A stretch of DNA of 36,092 nucleotides from a virus (lineage: Duplodnaviria; Caudoviricetes), in IMG/VR virus record IMGVR_UViG_3300020045_013107, positions 1 through 36,092 of that record. One strand, 5' to 3'. Of the stretch, positions 16,492 through 25,304 are shown one piece after another. The position numbers and the translations under genes are program-made. The stretch's first letter is position 1, and the number at the start of each line of letters is the position of its first letter. The notes beneath the pieces are model-generated. The model was not told the DNA's origin. It made no database searches and saw only the letters and a program-made list of their open reading frames with translations.

Positions 16492-18048
16492 TTATACACC
16501 ATCTATTTGATGATAATGCGAACCGCTAGCCGCCCAAGTAACATAGCCTCCACCATCAACCGCCAATTTTGTGCCTGAGCTTATTCCGTGGTTGTGGTTG
16601 TCGCTTCCAGAATATGTAGTGCTTACAGTTTCCAGGTTATTGATGTTGCAGTTTGAAAAGTCCCAAGTATTATCCGGGTAAATAGTTCCTGAACCATAGC
16701 CGAAAAAGATATTATAGCCTGCAAATTCTAATGAAAGAGTTCCCATATTATAGCCAATTCTTGCATATTGTGACCCATCATAATATAAATTTAAGTCACT
16801 TGAATATGATGTAAAATCCATTACTATGCCATGTTTATTCCCGCTTTTATATTGTATTAATCCATCATCATTAATTGTTATATAATAAGTATCGCCAGTT
16901 GAATATGTAGTAAAATCACCTGCTGAAATTGAACCGCCGGATATTGTAGATCCTGTTATAGTACCGCCCGAAATACTACTTCCTGAAACACTTCCCCCTG
17001 AAATACTTGATGCTGATATGCTACCGCTAAAATTTCCGCTTGTTGCGTTTATTGTACCATTAAATGTAAAGTTTTCAGTTATGGGATCAAAATATACTTT
17101 ATCTGTATAGTTTCCGGATCCGTCCCCTTTTTGCATCTTAAATTCATCTGAATTAAAAATTGCTCTTGATGTTTGGTCGCTTGCTTCAACTTCAAAACCT
17201 GTATCTGGTCCAATTTTAACCCCAAAATATCGCCTTTCAGCGGTTAATTTTGATGTAGTAATTCTATATAAACTATCTGACAAAGATAAAACTTTATTAG
17301 ACAAATGTATTATAAAATCCAAGTTATCAATAACACTATATTCTATTTTTACAATTCTTACTTCTTCTGATATATCCAAATCTGAATGATATAATAATAT
17401 GTTATCGCCCAATGATAAACTATCATTAGGTATATTTATAGATTCACAAGCATATGAAGTTATTGGTCCATCTTCTGCCCTTCCATCATATATTTTTTTT
17501 AATACTTTTATATTTTTACCTTTTGTAAATATCTTTCCTGATTGATCACCCATCTTTAAATCTATTGAAATTTTAAACTTTTCAAAAACAACTTCCCCAC
17601 CGAGTAAAGAAGCCAATTCAAAAATCATTAATCTTTTTGTCTTTTCTTCTGTAATAGAATAAGTTAAAAATGTTGAAAAATGTCCAGCATCTATTGGTGT
17701 AAAACCAGAACCAAATAACATAAGATATAACAAAGTATATGGTGATTCATAATATGTAAATGTTGTAAAAGTTTCATCGTTAAGGCGATAACTAACATGC
17801 TCACATTGGACGGTCATTGTTAAAGATCCATCTTCATTATCTGCAGATTCATAATAAATTATATCAAAATAATCATTATCTGCTTCTATAATATAATTCT
17901 CATTAATATAAGTATTTACCTTATCGTCAATTATTGCTGTAAAATTAAATGTATAAGCCCCATTTATTTCATTAACTAATTTATCATCGATTACATTATT
18001 TAATATGGCAACTGTTTTCAAACTTGAATTTAATACTTTTATTGACAT
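16492..18048 (-). CDS. Tail spike / Tal-like baseplate hub protein
   Basis: Prophage-tail-type N-terminus (EINGAYTFNF, CEHVSYRL), 5-aa G/S/I repeats and C-terminal HxH pairs; follows the Dit gene. Confidence 0.8.
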   Translation of the reverse strand: MSIKVLNSSLKTVAILNNVIDDKLVNEINGAYTFNFTAIIDDKVNTYINENYIIEADNDYFDIIYYESADNEDGSLTMTVQCEHVSYRLNDETFTTFTYYESPYTLLYLMLFGSGFTPIDAGHFSTFLTYSITEEKTKRLMIFELASLLGGEVVFEKFKISIDLKMGDQSGKIFTKGKNIKVLKKIYDGRAEDGPITSYACESINIPNDSLSLGDNILLYHSDLDISEEVRIVKIEYSVIDNLDFIIHLSNKVLSLSDSLYRITTSKLTAERRYFGVKIGPDTGFEVEASDQTSRAIFNSDEFKMQKGDGSGNYTDKVYFDPITENFTFNGTINATSGNFSGSISASSISGGSVSGSSISGGTITGSTISGGSISAGDFTTYSTGDTYYITINDDGLIQYKSGNKHGIVMDFTSYSSDLNLYYDGSQYARIGYNMGTLSLEFAGYNIFFGYGSGTIYPDNTWDFSNCNINNLETVSTTYSGSDNHNHGISSGTKLAVDGGGYVTWAASGSHYHQIDGV

Positions 18049-18052
18049 CGAA

Positions 18053-18829
18053 TCACTTCCATTCTGGTCTAAAAACTATTTCAATACTTAATGATAACCC
18101 AGTTCCACTAATTGCCAAAATATTAGTACGGGGTATTATTGGTAAAAAAGTATCAAAAGCACCTGAAAATTGAGTTAAAATATTAACGCCACCTTTTTCA
18201 ATAGTTAAATCAATATTGTCAATTTCTAATGTTTCCCCAACTAATGACCCTGTATGTGTTAATGTATACCCATTTAAAGACACAACAAGATTAGTTGAAT
18301 ACCCAAGTATTCTAAATGTAGAATATGCACCAGGAGAAGAATATAATGAAATATTTTTATTACCAGGATTGTAAAAACTTATATTTTGAGGCGTTGTAAT
18401 TAAGCCAAATGTATAATCTGAATTATTGGCTGTTGTTTCTGCAGAAAATGCCCACGGTTGACAAGTGAAATTAATTTTAAAAGATCCGATTGCTGTCGCT
18501 TCTTCAAAATTAATCATATGATATACACGGGCTAAATAATACTTGTCATGTTCATCTGTAAAAAATAATTCTTTCTGTTCTGATGTATATAACCATTCTG
18601 CAATGGATCTTAACGATTCTTTTATTAGTGAATAGTTTTTGATTTTAAAACTAAAATCAATTGTTATTATTCTTTCTTTGAATGTATTACCCTCATAGTC
18701 ATAAAAGCCATCCTTTGATGAAATATCTTTCTTTCTTTCATTCATTACAGGTAATATTGATCTATTTGTATACTTAGGAACTAAATTTAAACTACTTGCT
18801 AAAATTCCATTAAAAGAAATGTCAAGCAT
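18053..18829 (-). CDS. Distal tail protein (Dit)
   Basis: ISFNGI.ASSLNL, IAEWL, LFFTDEHDKYYLAR and INFTCQPWAFS; follows the TMP gene. Confidence 0.88.
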   Translation of the reverse strand: MLDISFNGILASSLNLVPKYTNRSILPVMNERKKDISSKDGFYDYEGNTFKERIITIDFSFKIKNYSLIKESLRSIAEWLYTSEQKELFFTDEHDKYYLARVYHMINFEEATAIGSFKINFTCQPWAFSAETTANNSDYTFGLITTPQNISFYNPGNKNISLYSSPGAYSTFRILGYSTNLVVSLNGYTLTHTGSLVGETLEIDNIDLTIEKGGVNILTQFSGAFDTFLPIIPRTNILAISGTGLSLSIEIVFRPEWK

Positions 18830-18831
18830 AA

Positions 18832-21570
18832 TTATATAGTCGCCCCCAAACTTCTAAATTTACTATTATTATCATTGTATTGATATCTCGATGTATTTTC
18901 AGAAACTTTTCTACCATCGAGATTTATAATATTTTCTATTATTATTTCTTTGGTTACTTGTTGAACTTCTGCATTCCTAAAATTGTCTATAGTTGAATTA
19001 TTAGGAGTTCCAATCATAGACATAGATTCTTTGTTTGGAATAACCTGCGCCCCATAAGGTAATTTTACGATTTCGGGACCTTCTTCACCAACAAGGGTAA
19101 ACGGTTCCCTAACTATACCACCTGTTGCCATACCTGGTACAAATTCACCGACTTTACTTGGAATGCTTCCAATTTTACTAATTAAACTACTAATATTATC
19201 TTTTAAACTGTTAGCCCATCCGGCAACACTATCAAATATACTTTTTAAACCATTTAATTTGCTTGTAATAGTTGATACCATGCTTGAAATAGCAGTCGCT
19301 ACCCCAGACTTTAATGAATTAAAGGCATTTATAGCTGTTGATTTGATACTATTTACTATATTTGTGATTGAGCTTTTTATACTATTCCATATGCTTGTAA
19401 CTGTTGATTTAATAGAAGTAAAAACACTTGATACTGTTGATTTAATGCTATTAAATACACTTGATACTGTTGATTTTATAGAATTTATTATAGTTGTTAT
19501 ATTTGTTTTTATATTGTTCCATGTATTACTGGCAACTGTTTTTATTTCATTAAAAACTGTAGTAACTGTTGTCTTTATATTATTTAATTTTTCTGAAATG
19601 CTAGTTTTTATACTGGTCCATATTTCGATAATTTTACTTTTAATATTTGTTACAACTTCAATTGCTTTATCTTTTGCACTGGTCCATATTTCAACAATTT
19701 TATCTTTTATATTAGTTACCAACCCGATAGCTTTATCTTTCATATCTGTAAATAATTTAATTATTGCGTTGACCATGTCGGGAATAATTGAATGACCAAC
19801 AAGGGTATCATATAAGCCTTGAAATACTGTTATTACACCAGTGCCAAAACCCTTAACAAAATTTACAACAATCATTATTGTATTTTCAAATATACTTTTT
19901 ATAGCTTCCCATAAGTTAGTTACTGATTCTAATATTTTGCTGCCGTCGCCAGAAAAAACCCCAATTATCAATCCCATTACACTCGCGAATACTGTATATA
20001 AACTGTATATATTACTATAAACATTTGGAATTACAGATATAATACCATTTAATAAACCGACCACAAGACTAAAGGCAGTAACCAATATCCCCCCGATTAA
20101 TACGCCAAGAGCTTCAATTGCTGGCTGTAAAGGCTTTAAAGCTTCTATAAATTTACTATAACTTTCTAATATAATTGAAAAGTCTAGTTTTGAAAATGTT
20201 TCTTTAAACATTTCGCCAACTGGACGTAATATTTCCCCTAGTGCAATTAATCCATTTCTAAGTTTTTCATAAAAACCGACTACTAGTTCTATACCTCCAC
20301 TTAATTCAGGAGGTAACATACTTTTGAACTTTTCTTTGATAGTGTCGAAGTCGCCCGTCACAAATAAATCAACTAAAGTTTTAAATTTAGAAGTAAATGT
20401 ATTTATCTTTTCAATTAATACTGGAATGTTTGAACTGAACCAATTCGCAAATGTATTTAAAACTGGTAAAATCTTTTCACCTAAAGGAATTAATAACGCC
20501 ACTTCTAATTGTCTCCCTATACCTGTCAACGCTTCACCAAACGAATCATATTTTATATTATTTATCTCATCCATTGTATTTTTTGACATGTCGGCTTTAT
20601 CTGTAATATTGACAATTGCACTAATACCTTTTGTTTCCAAATCTTCGTACATCGTCCCCCACAAGGCAACCCCGATTTGATTTCTTTTTACTGGATCTTC
20701 GGTTTTCAATAATGCTTCATTTACTTTCATAAAAGAATCATGAGCGGTTTTTCCACCCTTAGCAAAATCGGAAGTCATTTTTTCGGCATTAAATCCTAGC
20801 TCTTTAAAGGCTTCCATGCTTGCTTTGCTTCCATCTTTGGACCTGATGGTAAATTCTTTCATGGCATCGCCAACTTTGTCAATTGAAAATGCTCCACCTT
20901 CGGCACCACTAATTAACGTATCTGTAAATTCATTTGCAGTGAATCCCATTGCGGAAAATTGCGGGGAATATTCATTTAATATATCCAGTAAATCGCCGTT
21001 TTTGTTTGCGCCATTTTGCGCCCCTTGTGCTATTAAATTATAAGCTTCGTTAGATGTTATACCAAATTGAGAAACCATTGAACTAGCTGCTTTGACACTT
21101 TCGGTAACATCCATTTCAAAGGCATCTCGTAATATTAAAGCGTTTTTAGTTGTGTTTGTTATATCTTTTTCTGTTTGAATACCTAAAGCTTCACTTTGTT
21201 GTTTTACAATTGCCATGCTTTTAGCTATATCATCAAAAGATTCGCCAAAATTTTGACCATATAATTCAAGCATTCCATCTTTTAATTTTGACATTTCTTG
21301 ATCTGTGCTACCTGTTTGAGTTTGTAACGTATTTAAGGACTTTTTTAAATCATCCGCTGCCATTACTGCCTTTACACCAATTGCAATTGCTGCTGCCGCT
21401 GCCGCTGCTCCAACTGCGACAATTGCAGTTCCTGCGACGGCTGCCAAACTGGATAATTTGCTAAATGAACCGCCTAACCCTTGAGCGTTTGTATTTGTTT
21501 CATTAATGTTATCATTTGCATCTTCATTTTCAACAAATATATTCCCAACCAATCTAAACAGTTCCACCAA
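18832..21570 (-). CDS. Tail tape measure protein
   Basis: 912 aa with a TMP core (DKVGDAMKEF), 11/22-aa W/F-spaced repeats and C-terminal ATGG...VGEEGPE. Confidence 0.93.
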   Translation of the reverse strand: MVELFRLVGNIFVENEDANDNINETNTNAQGLGGSFSKLSSLAAVAGTAIVAVGAAAAAAAIAIGVKAVMAADDLKKSLNTLQTQTGSTDQEMSKLKDGMLELYGQNFGESFDDIAKSMAIVKQQSEALGIQTEKDITNTTKNALILRDAFEMDVTESVKAASSMVSQFGITSNEAYNLIAQGAQNGANKNGDLLDILNEYSPQFSAMGFTANEFTDTLISGAEGGAFSIDKVGDAMKEFTIRSKDGSKASMEAFKELGFNAEKMTSDFAKGGKTAHDSFMKVNEALLKTEDPVKRNQIGVALWGTMYEDLETKGISAIVNITDKADMSKNTMDEINNIKYDSFGEALTGIGRQLEVALLIPLGEKILPVLNTFANWFSSNIPVLIEKINTFTSKFKTLVDLFVTGDFDTIKEKFKSMLPPELSGGIELVVGFYEKLRNGLIALGEILRPVGEMFKETFSKLDFSIILESYSKFIEALKPLQPAIEALGVLIGGILVTAFSLVVGLLNGIISVIPNVYSNIYSLYTVFASVMGLIIGVFSGDGSKILESVTNLWEAIKSIFENTIMIVVNFVKGFGTGVITVFQGLYDTLVGHSIIPDMVNAIIKLFTDMKDKAIGLVTNIKDKIVEIWTSAKDKAIEVVTNIKSKIIEIWTSIKTSISEKLNNIKTTVTTVFNEIKTVASNTWNNIKTNITTIINSIKSTVSSVFNSIKSTVSSVFTSIKSTVTSIWNSIKSSITNIVNSIKSTAINAFNSLKSGVATAISSMVSTITSKLNGLKSIFDSVAGWANSLKDNISSLISKIGSIPSKVGEFVPGMATGGIVREPFTLVGEEGPEIVKLPYGAQVIPNKESMSMIGTPNNSTIDNFRNAEVQQVTKEIIIENIINLDGRKVSENTSRYQYNDNNSKFRSLGATI

Positions 21571-21585
21571 ATCACCCCTTGTATT

Positions 21586-21870
21586 TTAATCAAACATTGA
21601 TTCCCTTTGAGATAGAAGCAACCCCTTTTTATCTAGTTCTATTAATTTATTTGCTTCTGTTTCTAAATCTTCTAATGTTTTCTTTTTTTCTTTTTTATTA
21701 TTATTTTTTTCCATTTGTTTTAATTTTGAATTTTTCTTGTATTGTTCAAAATCAATATAATTATGCTTATCCATGCTTTGAAGTTCAACCAACCATAATT
21801 TATATAATTTATCTTCTGCTATTTCATTTCTAGCAATTTTCAATACCTTATTAGATAATGAAAGGTCCAT
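21586..21870 (-). CDS. Tail assembly chaperone, C-terminal (frameshifted) part
   Basis: Its frame is open from the slippery site at 21951-21957 down to the stop codon. Confidence 0.7.
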   Translation of the reverse strand: MDLSLSNKVLKIARNEIAEDKLYKLWLVELQSMDKHNYIDFEQYKKNSKLKQMEKNNNKKEKKKTLEDLETEANKLIELDKKGLLLSQRESMFD

Positions 21871-21926
21871 TTCTAATATAATATCTAAATTGCCATATCT
21901 GCATAAAATAAAGTCTATTTCTTTGG

Positions 21927-22298
21927 CTAAATCGAGTTCAAAGCCTTGTTGAAAAAACGTTTTAATGTGTTATCTTTTAATAAATCTTCCCATAAATCAA
22001 TATATTCTCCTGCTTCCATTTCTTCAATTTCTGATAAATCAATTTTTGTAATATCGGATAATAATTTATTGCTTGTATTTTCTACTTTGTACAAATTTTT
22101 TAAAACATTTTGAATTAACAAGACACCAATCTGGGTTTGTGCTTGTTTTTGGTCATTGCTTAAATTGTCAATATCTATCTTTATTCCCATTTCATCATAC
22201 ATTGATGATAATTTAAACAAATGTTTCCTTTTGATTTTGTATTTATTTTTTTGTGATTCCTGTGCTTCGATTGTTAAACTACTTTTATATTCGCTCAT
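21927..22298 (-). CDS. Tail assembly chaperone
   Basis: Lies before the TMP gene and ends with slippery T-TTT-TTC. Confidence 0.75.
   Translation of the reverse strand: MSEYKSSLTIEAQESQKNKYKIKRKHLFKLSSMYDEMGIKIDIDNLSNDQKQAQTQIGVLLIQNVLKNLYKVENTSNKLLSDITKIDLSEIEEMEAGEYIDLWEDLLKDNTLKRFFNKALNSI
21951..21957 (-). other. Programmed -1 ribosomal frameshift site
   Basis: CGT TTT TTC gives the heptamer T TTT TTC; the -1 frame reads FQQGFELDLAKEIDFILCRYGNLDIILE into MDLSLS with no stop. Confidence 0.75.
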
Positions 22299-22315
22299 GA
22301 TATGACCCCTTTTCC

Positions 22316-22690
22316 TTATTGGTTATAGGCATTAAATTCTGCCTGTATTTGCCTTCTATTTAAATTTTCTTCTTGTGTATCAATATCCTGTGTTAAATTC
22401 TCATAAGCGTGAAATACAATTGTTTCATCATCATATGACAAAAAATTAATTCCAGCTGCAATAATATCTGTTAATCTTTCAAGTTCTATTGTATTTGGTT
22501 TGTTATCCCAGATATCAATTGTAACTATATATATATATCCTGGTGTTTTTGGTATTCGCTTTACTTTATAAACTATAAATGGGTATGTCGGGTTATTATC
22601 ATCATCGTTTAATGGTAATGTATTAAAAATATTATTTTCTGATATATATTTTTTTAATACATTAATTAACGCAACTTTGAAAGTATACAT
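22316..22690 (-). CDS. Tail terminator / tail completion protein
   Basis: YPFIVY, TIDIWD and LNRRQI motifs; position in the neck block. Start at ATG 22690. Confidence 0.7.
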   Translation of the reverse strand: MYTFKVALINVLKKYISENNIFNTLPLNDDDNNPTYPFIVYKVKRIPKTPGYIYIVTIDIWDNKPNTIELERLTDIIAAGINFLSYDDETIVFHAYENLTQDIDTQEENLNRRQIQAEFNAYNQ

Positions 22691-22691
22691 G

Positions 22692-23039
22692 TTATGACAT
22701 CCCCCTTTGTAATTCTTCTTCGCCAATTCTTTTTATATTATTAATTTCTTCGAATCCTGTATCTTTTAAAAATGGTCGACTCCTCATTCTTCTAGTTCCT
22801 TCATGTACAAAAATAGCGTATTCGCAATTTGTACCAATCGAAACACTTTTATTATCCATATCAACCTTATTATCTACACTATTACGCAAATATCCCGTAT
22901 CAACGGCATCAAGATCTGTTATTTTTAATTTTACTTTTCCTTCAACATATAAACCTATTTTAGTTAACATCCTATCAATCGATTCTGCCATTGCATTATT
23001 AACATTGCTCAAATTACTTCTAAATTCAAATTCTGCCAT
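22692..23039 (-). CDS. HK97 gp10-like neck protein
   Basis: VDTGYLRNS, IGTNCEYAIFVHEGT and RPFL. Confidence 0.85.
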   Translation of the reverse strand: MAEFEFRSNLSNVNNAMAESIDRMLTKIGLYVEGKVKLKITDLDAVDTGYLRNSVDNKVDMDNKSVSIGTNCEYAIFVHEGTRRMRSRPFLKDTGFEEINNIKRIGEEELQRGMS

Positions 23040-23056
23040 AAAATCACAACCTAACT

Positions 23057-23407
23057 TTAATTGCTTTCATTATCTTCTTCATGGTATGTTAATTCCAGTT
23101 TATAGTGATGGTCCATATTCATTGTATTTTTTGGCGTTCCTTTTAATCTATATACTTTATTATCTGAATCTTTTATCCTTGCATTATTTGTCAAGTTATT
23201 CGTGGAATTTGTTGTTACTTCTGTAAAACCTTTATATATTGACTGTTCTATTGATTTGCCTTGAATAACTTTATTTTGCGCGCTTTGGTTTATGCATCCT
23301 TGAATAGTTGTTATTGTTTCCCATGTTCTTATTTTCCCACCAATGCCATTATTGGCGTCTGTTTTTTTTATTATTGTTAATGTTCTATAAAAATCCTCAA
23401 TAGCCAT
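23057..23407 (-). CDS. Head closure / head-tail joining protein
   Basis: NNGIGG.IRTW and PKNTMNMDHH. Start at ATG 23407. Confidence 0.7.
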   Translation of the reverse strand: MAIEDFYRTLTIIKKTDANNGIGGKIRTWETITTIQGCINQSAQNKVIQGKSIEQSIYKGFTEVTTNSTNNLTNNARIKDSDNKVYRLKGTPKNTMNMDHHYKLELTYHEEDNESN

Positions 23408-23431
23408 ATAAACCCACCTTTTTAAAAGTAA

Positions 23432-23450
23432 AAAGGGCATAAAGCCCTTT
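23432..23450 (-). terminator. Intrinsic terminator after the major tail gene
   Basis: AAAGGGC-N5-GCCCTTT followed by a T-run on the minus strand. Confidence 0.6.
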
Positions 23451-23485
23451 AAATACTTTTAATATAAATATGTTAACATTTAAAA

Positions 23486-24025
23486 TTAAGCTACATTGTA
23501 TCTTAATTCATATGGTGGAATTGTTGGGGTGCTTCTGTCATAATGTGCTGTAAGCAATGTATTAACAACAACATCATTTTTTGTTTTGAATGCCATGTTT
23601 ATAGCTCCATCACCCAAGACATTTTCCATTATAATTATGATAGCTTTCCCGTCTGAACGTTGTCCGACAAAAGCCATATTTGTCCAATAATCGTCATCTG
23701 CAATATCAACACTTTCTTTTAATTCATAATATGTTGTTTTGTCTGTTTTTCTAATGCCTTGATATAAATGAGTAAAGTTTATTGGTGATAATTCTAATAA
23801 TGCAATATTCATTGTTGGTTGAACTTTTGTTTTGACCTTTAATCCTTCTGTGTCTCCATATGATCCATTATATTCTTGAACCCTAAATTGCCTGGCAACA
23901 GCAAAAACAGAATCACCTCGGACGGCACCAATGGTTAATTGTGTAGCTAGTAAATAATCTTTATATAAAACACCATCACCAAGGACAATATTTGTTTTAG
24001 TTGGTACGCTTGGAGTTACTGCCAT
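23486..24025 (-). CDS. Major tail (tube) protein
   Basis: IVLGDGVLY, IGAVRG, IADDDYWTNMAFVG and TAHYD; followed by a terminator. Start at ATG 24025. Confidence 0.75.
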   Translation of the reverse strand: MAVTPSVPTKTNIVLGDGVLYKDYLLATQLTIGAVRGDSVFAVARQFRVQEYNGSYGDTEGLKVKTKVQPTMNIALLELSPINFTHLYQGIRKTDKTTYYELKESVDIADDDYWTNMAFVGQRSDGKAIIIIMENVLGDGAINMAFKTKNDVVVNTLLTAHYDRSTPTIPPYELRYNVA

Positions 24026-24057
24026 AATAAAACCCACCTTTCTATTATATTTTTATA

Positions 24058-24393
24058 TTACCTTGTTTTAACCGCTGCAATAGTAAGGGCTGTTACTAAA
24101 CTATAAGTAATATTTACACGTCCATTATCGTCATTAAATCGCCCCTGATCAAATGGTCCTATCATTCTTTCCTCACCTGCTGTAATTACAACAGCAATAT
24201 CATGTGATGATCCTTGACTGCATTGAGTAGGTGAATCAATTGTAAGCGTAATATCTGCGCTATGTCCGTTAATTACATGTAAAAAAGTATTACCATCATT
24301 AGTGAAGTAATTGCCGTCTACATTTGCGCTTGCATAGGTCGCTTCTAATCCTGTATTAATCATACTTTGTACTGTTATTGCACTAGCTGCCAT
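24058..24393 (-). CDS. Small beta-rich virion structural protein
   Basis: FTNDG.TFLHV.NG and AGEERMIGPF; lies in the structural operon. Confidence 0.65.
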   Translation of the reverse strand: MAASAITVQSMINTGLEATYASANVDGNYFTNDGNTFLHVINGHSADITLTIDSPTQCSQGSSHDIAVVITAGEERMIGPFDQGRFNDDNGRVNITYSLVTALTIAAVKTR

Positions 24394-24408
24394 GTTTTAA
24401 CGCCCCTT

Positions 24409-24993
24409 TCAATATTCTTTTTTAAATAATTTGGTATATCTGTTTAACGCTTTTATAATATGGCCAGGATAATCAAGACTATTAGAAGTGTCATAACTTG
24501 CTGAATAATCATCAAATGATTCACTTGCAACACCTTCTTTGTTTTTGAGTTTCCACTTTATCATATCGGCCATTATTAGTTTTAATTCTTTTGGATACAA
24601 CACCCGATATATTTTTATGTTTCTGTTACTATCTTCTGATTCATCCACAATTTCCAAATCAGAATTAACTATAATATAAGAACCATCTTCTGAAACTTGC
24701 ATTACTTGACAAATGCCATCGTTGTCTTTGCTACCGAATATTTTTATATTTTGTTTTGTTTTAAAGTCTGTAAAACCGTTTCCACTATCTATTATTTTGT
24801 TATTTTCAGAATCAAAAGATAATGTTGATGAATTTAAATATATTGTTTCATCTGCTTTTATAAAATGATTCTTGCAGTGATTATGTATTCCACTTTCTAT
24901 TATTGGAAGTAACATATTAATTTTGTCATCATTTGTTATGTCATTACTTGATATGTTGCATAATGTTTTAATTTCTTTCAAGGTTGCTATCAT
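24409..24993 (-). CDS. Head-tail connector (SPP1 gp15/HK97 gp6-like) with an inserted beta domain
   Basis: IATLKEIK, HNHCKNHF and GVASESFDDYSASY...YP..I..ALNRY. Confidence 0.78.
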   Translation of the reverse strand: MIATLKEIKTLCNISSNDITNDDKINMLLPIIESGIHNHCKNHFIKADETIYLNSSTLSFDSENNKIIDSGNGFTDFKTKQNIKIFGSKDNDGICQVMQVSEDGSYIIVNSDLEIVDESEDSNRNIKIYRVLYPKELKLIMADMIKWKLKNKEGVASESFDDYSASYDTSNSLDYPGHIIKALNRYTKLFKKEY

Positions 24994-24998
24994 ATGTT

Positions 24999-25292
24999 TT
25001 ACACCTCCCTAACCCGCATTAAAACATCCTTTTCAAATATATTACTATCAGTCGTTACAATAATTATTGTTATCTTATAATCAAGGCCATTAACACCATT
25101 GAAAGGTTTTATATATATAATTTTCCCTTCATTATCTTGTGAATGGTCAAATACAACTGCTGATGTAATATCATTATCATTTAAATATGCTGTTACTGTA
25201 TAAGTTGATATTGTTTCATCTGTTGATAAATTATTTGAAAAGTCTATCGAAATACTAAATTTCTCACTTGGCTGTTTCTCGAAAGAATCCAT
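24999..25292 (-). CDS. Fibre adaptor-like small protein
   Basis: EKQPSE...SIDFS..L...ETI and GVNGLDYKIT..TT pattern; directly follows the long fibre gene. Confidence 0.6.
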   Translation of the reverse strand: MDSFEKQPSEKFSISIDFSNNLSTDETISTYTVTAYLNDNDITSAVVFDHSQDNEGKIIYIKPFNGVNGLDYKITIIIVTTDSNIFEKDVLMRVREV

Positions 25293-25304
25293 GATATCAC
25301 CCCA

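Noticed and set aside
16492-18048. Diversity-generating retroelement target in the tail spike
   Set aside because: No reverse transcriptase and no template/variable repeat pair were seen.
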